From the NCBI GenBank assembly GCA_013265495.1, contig MU057999.1, positions 496,001 to 560,000 on the forward strand: a DNA stretch of 64,000 nucleotides. Reading direction: 5' to 3'. Positions 50,919 to 64,000 of this stretch are shown here, one piece after another. A program made the translations under genes and the position numbers. The notes under the pieces were generated by a model. The model saw only the letters and a program-made list of their open reading frames with translations. It made no database searches and had not been told where the DNA came from. The DNA is from Vicugna vicugna. Its lineage: Eukaryota. How positions within the stretch are numbered: the first letter of the stretch is position 1; every line of letters starts with the position of its first letter.

Positions 50919-51115
50919 CAGTTGACCCTGGAACAATGTGGGGATTAGGGGCATTGACCCCCAACACACTCGAAAATCCACATTTAACTTTACAGTCAAC
51001 CCTCCTTATCTGTGATTCCATACTTGAGAATTCATGTAGTACTGTATTATTATTGAAAAAAATCCACATGTAGGTGGACCCATGCAGTTAAACCATGTTG
51101 TTCAAGGCTCAACTA
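50919..51115. mobile_element. Tigger2/MER8-type MITE
   Basis: Terminal inverted repeats CAGTTGACCCTGGAACAA ... TTGTTCAAGGCTCAACT, followed by TA. Confidence 0.8.
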
Positions 51116-51429
51116 TACATAGCAATATTGGCCATTTTGGATTCAGTGTTCTGAGAATGTCACTTGCTAAACGAATTTATTTTAAAATTTGGGTAGACTT
51201 TTGAGAATATAGTTTAAAATTATACCTCATGCAGAGGTATAAAAGGTGATAAAAAAAAGTACATGGACTGATAATTTGATTTTTTTTAAATGATGATTTA
51301 GGTAGGGTCAGTGCTCCTTGTCTAGCAACTTTAGTTACTACTTCTTTATTTCTCCTGGAGCAAAACAAAAGTAATTCTGTTTAGTAAATTGAAGAATAGT
51401 GCTTTCCTAAAAAAAAACAAAACGCTGGA

Positions 51430-51646
51430 CAGTTGATCTTTGAGTAACCCAGGCTTTAGTGGCATCCAATGCCCTGTGCAGTCAAAAATCCACATGTAAC
51501 TTTACAGTTGGCCCTTGTATCTGTAGTTCTGAATCGGGGATTCAACCAACCTTGGATGTTGTTGTATGCAGTGCTTATCTATTGAAAAATATCCCTGTAT
51601 AAGTAGACCTGTGCAGTTCAAACCCATGTTGTTCAGGGGTCATCTG
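51430..51646. mobile_element. Second Tigger2/MER8-type MITE
   Basis: CAGTTGATCTTTGAGTAA ... TTGTTCAGGGGTCATCTG, colinear with the copy at 50919. Confidence 0.8.
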
Positions 51647-51799
51647 TGTATATATATGGATACCTAGGTTATTTATTTTGTTAGAAACCCACTAAGGAAA
51701 TTCCTGTGTGTGTGTGATCATGAGAATATTTAGTCACTCGGAGACTGTTTAAACTTATTTCCGTAGGTTAGTTACGATGTCAAGGGCATTACTGCATTA

Positions 51800-52230
51800 T
51801 GAGCATACCTTGTTCTATTATGCTTCACTCTCCTGCACTTTGCAGTATTGTGTTTTTTACGGATTGAAAGTTTGTGGCATCCTTGCATCAAACAAGTCTC
51901 TTGGCACCCGTTTACTTCATGTCTCTGTATCAAATTTTGGTAATTCCTATAGTATTTCAAACCCTCCACAAGCATAAGGATTATGATTCAGTGAAGATTC
52001 ACATGGTGGTTAGCCTTTTTTTTTTTTAGCAATAAAGTACTTCTTAATTAAGATATGTGCATTGTTTTTTAGACATAATGCTCTTGGACACTTAGTAGAC
52101 TACAGTACAGTATAAACATAACATTTATATGCACTAGGAAACTGAAAAATTCGTGTGACTCACTTTGTTGCAATATTTGCTGTATTGTGGTGGTCTGGAA
52201 GGAACCTGCAGTGTCTCCGAGGTATGCCCC
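51800..52230. mobile_element. Internally deleted Tigger1
   Basis: Ends GCATACCT... and ...GAGGTATGCC with typical Tigger1 subterminal sequences. Confidence 0.85.
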
Positions 52231-53765
52231 TATTTAACACCTTAAAGAGAATGAAAGGGATTGGGTAGGTAGGTTCTGTGTTAAGGATTTGTAGATTACA
52301 AGTTTGGCCTGGGGACGTAAAAGATATTTAAAAATGTAGCTGTCTGGTAGTTTTGCTGCTTCATTGATTGGGTTGCTCAAAGTTGATTCAGTTTCTAGAG
52401 GTAAAGTGCTTTTACCAAACACTAGTAATAGGAACCTATTCCATAGAGTTTGTCTGTGAAATTGTAACTTCACCGTTACTGGTAATAACATGTTTATAAT
52501 CTACTTTGAACAACACATGATAGAAGAACTAGAATATAGGGCTTTAAGTTCTTGTCATGTTTATTTGTTTGAACGTTTCAGACCTAGAAGCAGTTAGTCC
52601 TATGCTATAAACCAGTGCTACTCAGATGAAAGATCCATGGTGAGATAAAAGGTTTGTACCAGAATGTAAATCAGTACATTGTATCTTTCACTTCATAGAA
52701 AGTTTTGCTGTACAAAAATGTCAGTTGCACTAAACAGTGTGTTTTGTGACAGAGTTGATTTACATTCTACTTCAAGGTTCTTATCTCATGTTCATTGCTG
52801 TTGTGACCAGCTCCAGGCCATCTGCAGGTTATACTTGGGGGAGTACGAGTATCAACAACTCGTTTCGTAAGTGAGTGCTCTATGTATTTTCTGATGACGC
52901 TGTTGGGATTGGATTGGTTTTAATGTACATTTCTGCTGCCGTTACCTTCTAATGCCCTGCAGAGCAGGTAGACCTAATGAAACAAGTAAGGAATTTGGAG
53001 TCCTGGCTGTGCCTTTTTTCATCTAAATGGCCTTGGACAAATAATTTAACCTCTCAGCTTGTCTCATCAAGTGTAAGATTAGGATATAGTCCCTACCTCC
53101 CTGTGTTGTTGTGAAGATTGAGTTAACTGTAAATTATATTTAAAATGATATCATCCATACTGACAGTTTTCAAACCTTGGCCCCCGTCTCTCTACCTAAC
53201 ACCATTCCTCACACTCAGCAGTTAACCTTTTTTTTTCTCCTCTTTTTCTTTAAGAAATTTAAATATTGTTGCATGCCCATTATGAACTAGACCCTGGTGA
53301 ATACATAAAATTAAATAATCTTCACATTTAATATTTATGCTTGCCTCCTAAAGTTTCATAAGAAAGAACAGTGATCATCTGCCCCATTCCTCTGAACCTG
53401 GGATTATTCTCTGAGACAGTCATCTCAGTGTCTTTAACTTTCTTTTGGTATCTCATATTTCTAAATAACATTTTATGATGATATTTCTTAATTTTCAGTT
53501 TTAGCTGTTTAATGACTTGCTACTATGAAAAGTTAGGGCTTTACTCTCTTAGGTATAATTTCCATCCCCTTATCCTGCCAGGATTGTATATCTTAATTGT
53601 TGATTAGGTTGGTATTCAGTATTTATATTATTAAGATGGTAAATATTATTCACAGCCGAGTCAGATAACATAACAATAATCAAATTTATTTCTTGTATAG
53701 TGTTTTTGCTTTCCTGGGAATTAGTAACTGTCTCCTTTTTATTTGCTTTTTTCAAGTGTACCTTC

Positions 53766-54768
53766 CCAGCCAGAGAGTAATTTGTGTGTTTTCAGTAAAA
53801 GAAGGTATGAGGAATGGAATTGCAGTTTGTTAAGGGAAAAGAAAGCAAATTTTGTCCTAAAGCTGGTTGCTTCTGAATGGAAAAGAAAATAAGGGACAAA
53901 ATATGGAAACAGAAAGTTGTGGAAAGTTTGTGGAAGAGGAACCCTGAGGCATCTCAGAAAAATAGTAAATTAACTAGGATTATTTGGTAGGTTAAATGTA
54001 ATTAGTCATAATTCTGGTGATTACACCAAGTTTCTCCATTGATTACATTGTAATCTGGTATTTAACTGTGCTTTTTAAGTCATTTGTCACTTATAGACAG
54101 TTATTGTACTCTGGTGCTGTGGCAAAAGTGCTTCATCTTCAAGAGGATTCACAGGAAGGCTATGGAAGTGGTTACAGCAGTTCCACATCAGGATGATGGT
54201 TGTGTGAGGATTCCACCCCATACCATCATCTGACTCAACACAAGAAGCTGTCCTGCCCCTGGGACCACTAGATCAGGCAGTCAGAGATTTTTACTCCCTG
54301 ACAAGCAGGGTCAACGCCCCTACTCAGTCCTTAAGTAGCTTCAGAAGACAGATCGTCTCCCTTCTGCTCCCCATAAGACTATGGGAATAAAATCTCTGAG
54401 GAAAGGGGGGCAGGGCATAGCCATTGAGGGGACTGGGGACAGGACAGACTGATTAGAACCAAGATGGTGGAAGATTCGACACCCAGTAAACCTTGAGCCT
54501 CATGGCACACCCACAGGTGCCAAGACAGTTCCTAGGCTGACGATAAAAGGTCCAAAAGTGGGCAAGGGCCCAATTCATGGAAATCCTAGCCCCTACCCCA
54601 AAGTAGTTGGAATAATCCTCCCACTCGTTAGCCTATGAAATTACCCCAGCCCATAAAAACTTACAGCTCCGTACCTCATGGTTGTTCTCTTTCTTGCCTT
54701 CTGAGACGCCCCACACACTGTCTATGGAGTGGGTATCTTTCAAAATAAACTTGCTTTCACTTAAAAAA
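53766..54768 (+). mobile_element. ERV1 (MER41-like) internal fragment plus U3-R, ending in an A-tail
   Basis: LTR-like sequence from about 54400, AATAAA at 54744-54749, A6 at 54763-54768, and direct repeat GTACCTTC at 53758-53765 and 54769-54776. Confidence 0.7.
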
Positions 54769-55787
54769 GTACCTTCTTAATGATAGGAAGAATTGATAAC
54801 GCCAGTATCTAGATTTGCCATGGATCTCTTTTATAGCTTCTGCTTTTTTTTTTTTTTTCATTTCTGTTGTCTCCTTGTGTGTCTGCAGTTACTTTCTGAG
54901 TGGGTATCAAGCACTGTATTTGCAAAATTATTTGAAGAAGTCATATAAGACCCAGAATATTGTTTTTGCTTAAGTTGCCTTTTCCAAGTTCCTGGAAGCC
55001 CTCACACTTTGGAGATGCCAGTAGCACTGTAAGATCATCTTAAACTGATTTCAGAGATTCAAATGTCTGCAGTTAAGTGGCAATTTCAAGAAAGCCGGTT
55101 CTACATTTGGTGCAGCCTTTCAAGGTCCCAACCCAAAGCAAGGAGGGGATTCAGAGCTACCTTGGGCACCAAATCCTTTATTCTCTTAGCCCCTTGAAGT
55201 TATCAAAAACCCCAGTCAGCCTCTTATCCTCTCAGCTGCCTTCTTTAGTTTCAGCTAATAATTGCCCCAAACTCTGAGCTCACCTCCCTCGACCTCTAGA
55301 CTAGCCCAGATTCTGGCCTGGTAATTAATTCTTCCCTATCTTGTTAGCACTCAGCTTCAAGCACAGTTTAAAAAAAAATCTAACTTACAATTATACTCAG
55401 AGTATGGACTGGCCCAGAATACCTAGTCTGCCGTTACCAAATGTTAAAGTCTGAATGATTCACATTTAGCTAAAGACATCCTGACTGAAATTTACTACTA
55501 AATGCTACAGCCAATCAAACTTTCAATCAGATGTGAGAAGAGAATAAAGATATTTTCAGACATATAAGATCTCAAAAGTATGTTGTACCAAAATGAGAAG
55601 TCAACTTAAGAAGAAGATGACAGAATTTTTAAAAAGCAAGAAGAAGAAAAGCATAGGAAGCCTCCAGATAATGGTGAAGGGAGTTCCCAAGATGACAGCT
55701 ATTCCTCTGGCCTAGAGAGTAGCTGATCCATATGTGAGCATGGCAAGCTCCGGGAGAGATGCCTTCACAGGAAAAAAGAAAAGGAAA

Positions 55788-56032
55788 GGAGAGGGTTTGC
55801 AGATACGAACTGCTATATATAAAATAGATTAAAAAAAAACAAGTTTCTGCTGTACAGGGAACTATATGCAATATCTTGTAGTAACCTATATTGAAAAAAA
55901 TATGAAAAGGAATATATGTATGTATATGTATGACGGAAACATTATGCTGTACACCAGAAATAGACACATTGTACACTGACTATACTTCATCTAAAAAATA
56001 AACATTTTAAAAATTTTTAAAAAAAGTAAAAT
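55788..56032 (+). mobile_element. Young L1 3' end nested in an older L1
   Basis: Reverse complement of the 3' UTR type seen at 12010. TSD AAGAAAAGGAAA at 55776-55787 and 56033-56044. Confidence 0.85.
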
Positions 56033-57516
56033 AAGAAAAGGAAAAGAAGTTACAGTAGCTCAGTTAATTGTGTTCGAGGAGATAAAAGATAAGATTGAGC
56101 ATTTCAGAAAAGAATTGGAAACTATTCAAATATGAGTGGAAATCATACTGTTGAAAAATAGAATAACTGAAGTTAAGGCCTTAATGATAAAGAGATAATT
56201 GGTGAACTGGAAGATAGGACAGAAGAAAATGTTTGAAACGAAGCACAGACAGAATGATGGAAAATATAGGAGAGAAGAGAACTAGGATACAGAGAGATGT
56301 CATGAGTGTTTTTGGAATCCCTGAAGGAGAAAAAAGAGTGCGAATGGGCAAAAGCAATATCTGAAGATAAACTGACTGAGATATTGCCAGAAGTAGGAAG
56401 GCCGTGTCCTTAAGAAGTCCAAGAACCTCAAGCAAGGTAAATGAAAAGATTTATTCACCTAGGTTGAAAACTAAAGACAGAGGAAATCTGAAAAGCACAC
56501 AACAACAACAACAACAACCCCCCCCAGATATTTACCAAGAAAAAATGATTATCTGCAAACGGCCCTTAACAGCTGACTTGTCAGCTAATACAGTAAGTCA
56601 GAAGATAGTAGAATGCTATCCACAAAGAAATGAGTTTTTTTCCTCCCAAACCAGAAATAAATTCTATATTCAGAATAAAGATGGAGTAGAGACATTTTCA
56701 GAGCAACAAAAGTTGAATTTGTCCCTCGCAGATCTGCACCAAGGAAATACTAAAGAATGTTCTACAGGCAGAAGGAAAGTGATCCAAGATGGAAGTTCAA
56801 TAGATAAAGGAAGGAATGAAAGGGGACAGTAAATATGCGGGTAAATCTAAAGGAATGCTGCCCATGTATAACAACAAGAGCCTTTTCAGTTTAACGTATA
56901 TGTAGAATTATGATGGCGTTTTAGTCAAGTTGGTGGCGAGGGCAGTGGTAAATGGAATTAAAGTATTTTATAGTCCTTGTGTGGCCTGGGAATTGGTAAA
57001 AGTACTGATTAACATTGAATTAGTTAAGTCACAGACCCAAGTTTTACTCTTGAGAGAACCGTTAAAAGTATATATTACTCTATTAATAGGATATTACCTT
57101 CCAATCTAATAGGAGAAAAATGAAGTGATAAGAAGTTATCAGTCCCAAAGAAGGACAAGAAAAGAGAGAAAAAGGAACACAGGAACATACTTATTAAGAA
57201 GAAATAAGACTTAATAAGATGATAGCTTTAAATCTAAAGAGGTCCATTAAATGTAAATGCAGTAAATGGCCTATTAAAAGATAAAAATTGTTCAACTGGG
57301 TAAAAATAATTGAACTCAATTATTTGATGTTTTTAAAGATACAGCAAAGTTGAAGGTAAAGTATAGAATTAAAGTATACAGCGTGCAAACGCTTTGAATA
57401 GAAAGATAGTATAGCTATATTCGTATTAGAGAAACTGTGCTTGAAGCAGAAGCAATGAACATTAGGAAAGGTGAAGAGAAACACTTCATCAGGGTAAAAT
57501 ATGAAACCTTAGGGTA

Positions 57517-57966
57517 TGTAACTGTAGCAGGTATTCCTCCTTGCCCCCCGATTGTACCTGGATGTTACACGCAACTCCCTGTGTGCTGCCAGCATCTCAC
57601 TACACTGTGCTGCTCTTTCTGGAACCTTGGAACGCCGCTCAGGGGGAACCTGGGAGTCTTGGGACAGTTAACACTCCTGGGACAAGCCTCAAGCAGTGGA
57701 GGGCCTGGAATCAGTGGATAAATCCTCTCCCTTCCTGGCCCTCAGAGGGACAGTTCTGAAATGTGTTCTGTTTGGTCCCTGGGTGAGTTCCCTGTGAGAT
57801 TCAGCTCCAGCTTCTCACTGCAGAAATTGGCTCAGTTACACACTTCATTGGCTTTCCTTCCTTCTCTGGATCTCTCGCCCCATTTCCTCACTGTGCTTCT
57901 TGGGATCGCCTCCAATTACCTACCTGCCCTGAAGTCCACACTTTTAGGGGAACTCAAACTAAGACA
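57517..57966 (+). mobile_element. ERVL solo LTR (LTR16-like)
   Basis: TG... start and ...ggggaactcaaactaagaCA end. GC-richer block inside the old L1. Confidence 0.6.
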
Positions 57967-58329
57967 AAAAAAAAAACTTAATTTGTAAGTATCTAATAAA
58001 AAAATTAAGTTAAATTTCTCTCTCTCCCTTATCTGTATACAAAAGTGGCAGAACTATAAAGAGGAACAGATGAAGTCACACTTGTGTTGGGGGATTTTAA
58101 CCCAGTTTTCTTAATAACTGATGGAACAAGAGACAAACAGTAAGGGTATAGATTTCAGCATCATGATCAAATTTGACCTAATTCATACGTACAGGACATT
58201 GCCAGGAGAACCGCAGAGTGAATATATTTTTTTCTAGCACAAACAACTCTTTCCAAAATTGACCATATGCTAGGCTATAAAATAAATCTTGACACAATTC
58301 AAAGACTTGAAACGGTGGAGTACATTCTT

Positions 58330-58399
58330 TTTTTTCTTTTTAACATTTTTTTTTATTGAGTTATAGTCGTTTTACAATGTTGTGTCAAATTCCAGTGTA
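58330..58399 (-). mobile_element. 70-bp extremely 5'-truncated young L1
   Basis: Perfect 14-bp TSD TGGAGTACATTCTT at 58316-58329 and 58400-58413. Nearly identical to the 3' terminus of the copy at 17144. Confidence 0.88.
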
Positions 58400-59654
58400 T
58401 GGAGTACATTCTTGAACATAGTGGAAACAAGTTAGGAAAAGATACCTAAAACTTAAAAACCTTTGAAATACTTTTGTAAATGTTTTTCTCAGTTTATTTA
58501 CTTTTTAATTTTAATGGGATTTTTTTAATGTAGAAGTTTCACATTTTTACCTAGTCAAATCTGTCATTTTCAAATGACTCTTCCATTAGTTTTAAGCTCA
58601 GAAAGTTTCTCCTTATTCAGAAATCCAGTAAATACTCATTTAGACCTTTTTTTTGAAGTAGTTTTCTCTTTTCCATTTTATTGACTATATTTAATCATTC
58701 TTCTAGTTTAAACTTTAGAATTACTTTTTCACATTCCAAAAAAAATTCTATAATTTTTAATTGGAATTGCATTAGCTCCTTGTACTTATAGAATTTTATT
58801 TCTGTATTTTTATTGAGGTATAATTGAGATATTATATACAGCTATACAACATGAAAATTTGATATTTGTGCATTTTGTGAAATGATCACCACAGTCTAGT
58901 AACATTTGTCACCATACATAGTTACAAGTTTTTTTTTCTTGTGGTGAGAACTTTAAGATCTATAGTTTTTTATTTTTAATTACCATTCTGTATTGTGGTT
59001 GAGACTACTACTTACTGCTCCCCACGCTCCCTCTCCTTCCTCTCTTATTAACAGACAAAGTGCTAACTGGTGATTGAGAAATGTAGAGAAATACTGACAG
59101 ATATTGATGGAGGTGAGGGCTGGGCAAGAGCTGGCTGTAGCTGGTATCAAACACTGAAAAATGGGTTGGGATAACGTCCTTACTTTGGTTGGTGAAACTG
59201 GTTTTCTCTGAAGTGGGGTAAATGGTAAAGCAAGTCCAAGTCTCCTGCTCGCTTACTGTCTGATGTCACTATTTTGTACTTTGATTTAAAGAATTTATTC
59301 TTGAAGTCTCATCAATTTTTGTCTAATATTGTTAGTTTCCAAGGTTCTTAAAACTTTATCTCTCAATTTTTTTGTGAGGTTTTTTGTGTTTGATAAAAAA
59401 AATTGGGGAGAATAAATGAGACAGCAAGTTTTCATCTAAACCTAGAAATTCTAGAACAGTTGCTCGTTTTCTGCTTTTTGGTGATGTTATGGATTATTAA
59501 TTAGATATTTGACTTCCTGAGAAATGGGGTGTTACCATGTACAGTTGAGAACATGTATTTACAGATAAGTACAAAGGTTATTTCCTATTTTTACGTTTCA
59601 GGGTTATTGTTTCAATGCTAGTAATGAAAAATACTACCACCCGTTTGCTTTTAG

Positions 59655-59750
59655 GTTGGAATGTTGCGCCAGCAGTTAGAAGGACATGAAAAAGTCAAGC
59701 AAGAGATGGCCATGGAGTATAAGCAGGAGTTAAAGAAACTACAGGAAGAA
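59655..59750 (+). CDS. CEP63: CEP63 coding exon 3
   Basis: Boundaries ttttag| and |gtgaga, 96 nt. Encodes [32 protein letters not shown] (coiled-coil-like). Confidence 0.95.
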
Positions 59751-60624
59751 GTGAGATTTTAATTCTGTTATGTGTTGTATAATTCTGTCTCTTCAACCCT
59801 TGAGAATTTTGCTAATGAGCCAGTTTCTGCTTTGTGAAGTGGGATGTATATATTCCACGGGAGGTATAGGGGTGGAAATCTATTTCTCTGTTCTTAAATT
59901 CAGGTAAAGAATCTTGCCTAATTATGTGTTTGGTACTACCTAGAACAGCAATTCTAAAATGTGCTGCTCAATTGAGTACCTGAGAGAAATAGAGCTATTT
60001 TTATATAATACTGTGAAATAGTGATTCAAAGCTTACATCAAATGTTTTAATTTTTGAGTTGAATCAGTTACTAGAGTTTAAATAATGGAAGCTCCAAAGG
60101 TTTCAGAAACACTTGGAGATAGGTAAGAAAAATAAGAACATTCTATCAGTTAACTCAATTTTAGTCTTCAGACAGGGAAAAAACCTGCTTTTATTTTTAC
60201 TTAATTCGAAAGTACTCCTCTCCTGCTGACTGAATTTTAGTGTTCCACAGGAGAATGGTTCAAGAATCACAGGCCTAGAAAAAAGGAAAAGGGTTTTTAT
60301 TTCCTGTTTTTGTTGTTTTTGTGTGTGTGTGTATGGCGGGTGGGTTGTGGAGCCCTTAAGTGCAAGGCTATTGTATACTGAGGTAAAAAATTAAATGTTT
60401 GTTTATGAAATATTTTCCCCTTATTTTTTCTTTGACTGACTGTATTTCTTTTCTGGTGTTTATTTTATATATGGAGTTTTGAGCTGTTTTGTGTTTTATC
60501 TAACATACTCTCTATTTTCAGAGGTACTAGTTAGCCCTACGTGTGCGTTCATAATGCAAATTTGTTATACCACAACTATTTACAAATTCTTAAATTTTAA
60601 GTCTAGAAATAACTGTGTCTACAG

Positions 60625-60747
60625 TTAGGCAGACTGAAGAGAAGCTATGAAAAGCTACAGAAAAAGCATATACGAGACTTCAGAGGAAATGCCAAAAATC
60701 ACAGGGAAGATCGGTCTGAAATTGAGAGGTTAACTGGGAAAATAGAG
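60625..60747 (+). CDS. CEP63: CEP63 coding exon 4; the gene continues beyond the window
   Basis: Boundaries tctacag| and |gtatgt, 123 nt. Encodes [41 protein letters not shown]. Confidence 0.95.
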
Positions 60748-61799
60748 GTATGTTCGTAGTACTAATTTGTTCATAGTGATTGTCAGCCTTCATTGTAGGA
60801 AAATGCTGTTTCTAATAGTGATATTTCCTGAAACCAGTGTTCTCCCATCTCTAGGACTACCACTGAGCTCTTTCAAAGATGGGAGGTGATCCACTGCACA
60901 TCCTATCATCACCTGGTTCCCTGAGGTTACTAGCTATTGATGATCATCAACAGGGCAGTACCACCCTTCAAGGGCATTGGAAATGTGCAGAGACACTGTT
61001 TTGGCTGTCAGAATGACTGGGAGTGAAACTGGTGTGTTCCAGGGACAGGGACAGGGGACACTAAACATGCCTGGGACTGTTCCACACAGGAATGACTATT
61101 GCACCCCTAATGCCAGTATTGACCACCAGTTATTAGCTGTGCTCTGTGGGCAGTGTCCTTGTCTTACTTATCACATAATAGAGTAGAAGCTTAGCAAATG
61201 TTGAAGGTACATGGCTTTCTTTGTACAGAGTACTCCGCATATCAGATTGTTTATCCTCAGTTTCCGTTTAGATAGTAAGTCAGTTACCTCCCGCTTTGCT
61301 GCCTTTTTTTAAATTAAGACTAAGTAGCCTCATGATTGTTGTATATATTTATTCCGTACTCTCAACACTGCCAAGAGTAGATGAAGGAGCAGCACAAGGC
61401 TGTCACTTTTTCCCTGTAAATCCACCACTGCGTCCTCTGTCTGCTCTCTTGGTTCTCCCGTGTACCTCAGAGTCCACCAGGAGCCGCCTTGGGCTCTCAG
61501 AGATTCTGATCCAGAGTGCAGCATGGAAGCCAGGAACCTGCATTCCATCCAGCTCCCCTGGCTGATGCTAATTTGAGAAACATTGTTCAACATCTTTGTA
61601 TAATGACTTAGTTTTTCTGCCCAGAGTGACCTGTCACCCACAAATGTCCATCCGTACATTATTACTACGTAGACTTTTAGTTTCTGCACTTAGCATTTTT
61701 ATATCAATATTTTTGTACATTTGAGGAGCTTAGAGCCAGAGGACTACACCGATCCTGCTTTCCCTCCAGCCCTCTTCAGTGATATCTGGGTATTTTCAA

Positions 61800-63900
61800 A
61801 AGACCCCTCATGTTCCTGCTCCTCATTGCCACTTCCTCACCATTCTCTTTTCTTTCTACCTCAAAAACTCCATCTTTCGTTTTCACGTGAGTAGTGTATG
61901 CCACCAACTGGTGTACATACAGCGAAAGCAGTCATCCGATCCCTTGTTACTCCCCTGGTTAAAACATTTCAGCTCCTAGCTCATTGTCATCCTCTCCAAT
62001 ATTGCTTTTATCATTATTCTTGAGGATTTCAGTATCCACAGGAGTGATGCTAATACAGTACTTTGGTCTTTGAGTTTCTTGGTGTTCTTTCCTCCACAGA
62101 TACATTGATCTCTTCCCTGTCTGGCCCATGATGCTTGATGATCACCTGACACCCCCCCCCCAATCCCTTAAAGTGCTCAGATCCTGCCACTTGTCACTGC
62201 CCCATCTCTACCTCGTGTCCTCACTTCTCAGTCCTTACCTAGCTTACATCCCATGGTCACACTCCTTACATTCCCCTTCAACTCCTATGCCCTCTCTTAC
62301 TTCATCACATTTGCCTGGCAAAACTGTGGCTCTCATTAAATCTAGCTTAGACCACGGCTGCAGAAAAATAACAATCATGCTGACTGGCCTCACTTTAAAT
62401 TCATTGTCACTTACCTCAGATGGGTTCCTGTGCTGCCCAGAATCATATTTCCCCTCACTCTCCTACTTTCCATAATGACTGTTTCATACTTTCTCTTTTC
62501 TCAGTTTTCAACACTTGTCCCCACATCTTCAGTTTTGGGTGATGATCTTTCTATTTCATTGAGAAAATACAAACAATGAGAAGATAATTTTCACAAATTT
62601 CCAACCTTGTATCTCCTTGCCTGTTTGCAGCTGTGCCCCCCATATACTCTGCCTTCCTGCTGGAGGGACTGTCCACGCTCCCCCTATTCCCCAGCCACGA
62701 CATCACTCCAGCATTTCTCCTTCTCTCTCCTGCATCCTCAGCTTTTTCCTTTATCCCCACTGGATAGTTTCCACCAACATGCACATTTCCCCTCTTAAAT
62801 ATCTTCTCTTGACCTCTCTCTTCCTCCTCTGGATACTGCCCCATTTTTCTCCTTCATTTTATAACTAAACTACTGTAGGCATCTATATTTGTCTCCAATT
62901 TTTCTTACACCCATTCAGTAAGACTTTTTCCCCCTCTCTCAACAGAAGCTTTTGCATGGAGGTCACCAGATGAGTTCGGCATTACTAAAGCCTGTGACTA
63001 GCCCTCATCTTCCCCATCCTATCTCCAGCAGTGAACCCAGCTGGTCTCTCCCTCCTTAAAATTCTGTCTTGATTTGGCTTGGAGGACAGCCGCACTTTCT
63101 TGGTTGTTCACCTCCCTTGTTAGCCACCCTTTCTCAGTCTCTTTTACTCCCCAGACTTCTAACATTGGAACTCCTTGCGGCCATGTCACTGTACCTCTTC
63201 TTTCTTCTATCTATGCCCACTCCCTTGGTGATGTCATTCAGTCTCAGAGTTTTGAGCACTGTGTGTATGTTGATAATTCTCAAATTTATATATATAGTCT
63301 TGACCTCTCCTTTTCGCTGCAGATTAAATTCCAACTGTCTTTTTCTCTTCATCTCCACTTTAGTGTCTAAGGCTGTCTCAGACTTGACATGTCCAAACTA
63401 AAGGCCCTGTTTTTTTTCCTCCACCAGAAATGGTCTTCCAACACCATTTCTGTTTCAATTAATAGCAGCTCCATTCCTCAAATTGCTCAAACCTAAAAAC
63501 CCTGGACTCAACCTTGATTTCTCTTTTCTCACACAACAACCAGAATGATTCTGTTGTAATGTTAAGTCAAATTATGTCCTCTGCTGTACATAAACCTTCA
63601 AGGAGCTTCTCTCAAAAGCCAAAGTTATCATAATGGCCTACACAGTCTCCCTGCCTATTAAATTTGACCTTTCTCTTCCTTTTTTTCCTTTTACTCACTC
63701 CATGCCTGCCACACCAACTTCCTTGCTCATCCTAAAACATACCAGGTTGCTTCCACTTCAAAGTCTTGTACTTGCTATTCTGTCTTCTCAGAATAGGATA
63801 ACTTCATCCCCATCTCACTCCGCGTTTGCTTGAATATTACTCAATCTGGTCATTCCTTTTTAAAGTTGCAACCCCCAGCTCTGAGCACTCTATGCTCTGT
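61800..63900 (+). mobile_element. Large degraded LINE-2 fragment
   Basis: C/T-rich sequence with L2 motifs (aggtcacca, tcccttggtgatgtcattcagtctc, ctcagacttgacatgtccaaact). Confidence 0.7.
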
Positions 63901-63916
63901 TTTCTCAAAACAGGTA

Positions 63917-64000
63917 CAGTTGGCCCTCTGTATCCTGTGGGTTCTGCATCCATGGACTCAATGAACCATAGGTCTAAAAGTTTCTGGAAAAAACATTCCA
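63917..64000. mobile_element. MER2-like Tigger element, cut by the window end
   Basis: TA|CAGTTGGCCCTCTGTATCCTGTGGGTTCTGCATCCATGGA. Confidence 0.65.

Larger units (their letters stand above)
56045..58450 (+). mobile_element. Old degraded L1M element (ORF1 to endonuclease region), interrupted by later insertions
   Basis: A-rich sequence with degraded motifs (LTADLS in ORF 56404-56832; tccaaaattgaccatatgctagg, similar to SKIDHMLG). Confidence 0.7.

Noticed and set aside
1..64000. CRISPR arrays, operons or any prokaryote-like or novel multi-gene system
   Set aside because: The sequence is intron- and repeat-rich mammalian DNA. All coding signal I can support belongs to ANAPC13, CEP63 or L1.

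Overview
Mammalian genomic DNA, most likely camelid (inferred from Vic-1-like tRNA-Ala SINEs and the absence of Alu, Bov-B or PRE-1 elements), covering the ANAPC13/CEP63 head-to-head locus. ANAPC13 is complete on the minus strand: coding exons 32005-31907 and 27982-27857 give 74 aa. CEP63 starts on the plus strand, with coding exons at 40539-40582, 41517-41694, 59655-59750 and 60625-60747, and runs off the window. Both genes share a CpG-island promoter at about 32.8-34.0 kb. The first 27 kb is intergenic, with a second CpG-rich element at about 14.9-15.6 kb carrying X-box, TEAD and MEF2 motifs. The rest is mostly transposon debris (L1, L2, MIR, MaLR/ERVL LTRs, Tigger and hAT elements). I found no new protein-coding system, and most long ORFs in the track are spurious or L1-derived. 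The most unusual observations are L1-driven insertions: (1) a tailless retrocopy of the 5' half of tRNA-Ile(UAU) at a reused target site, (2) a 3-kb composite L1 insert between 17-bp direct repeats, (3) a polyadenylated retrocopy of a MER41-like ERV transcript, and (4) two head-to-head L1 5' ends in CEP63 intron 3. Gene and repeat identifications were made from memory of known sequences, not by database search, and repeat boundaries are approximate unless a target-site duplication (TSD) is given.
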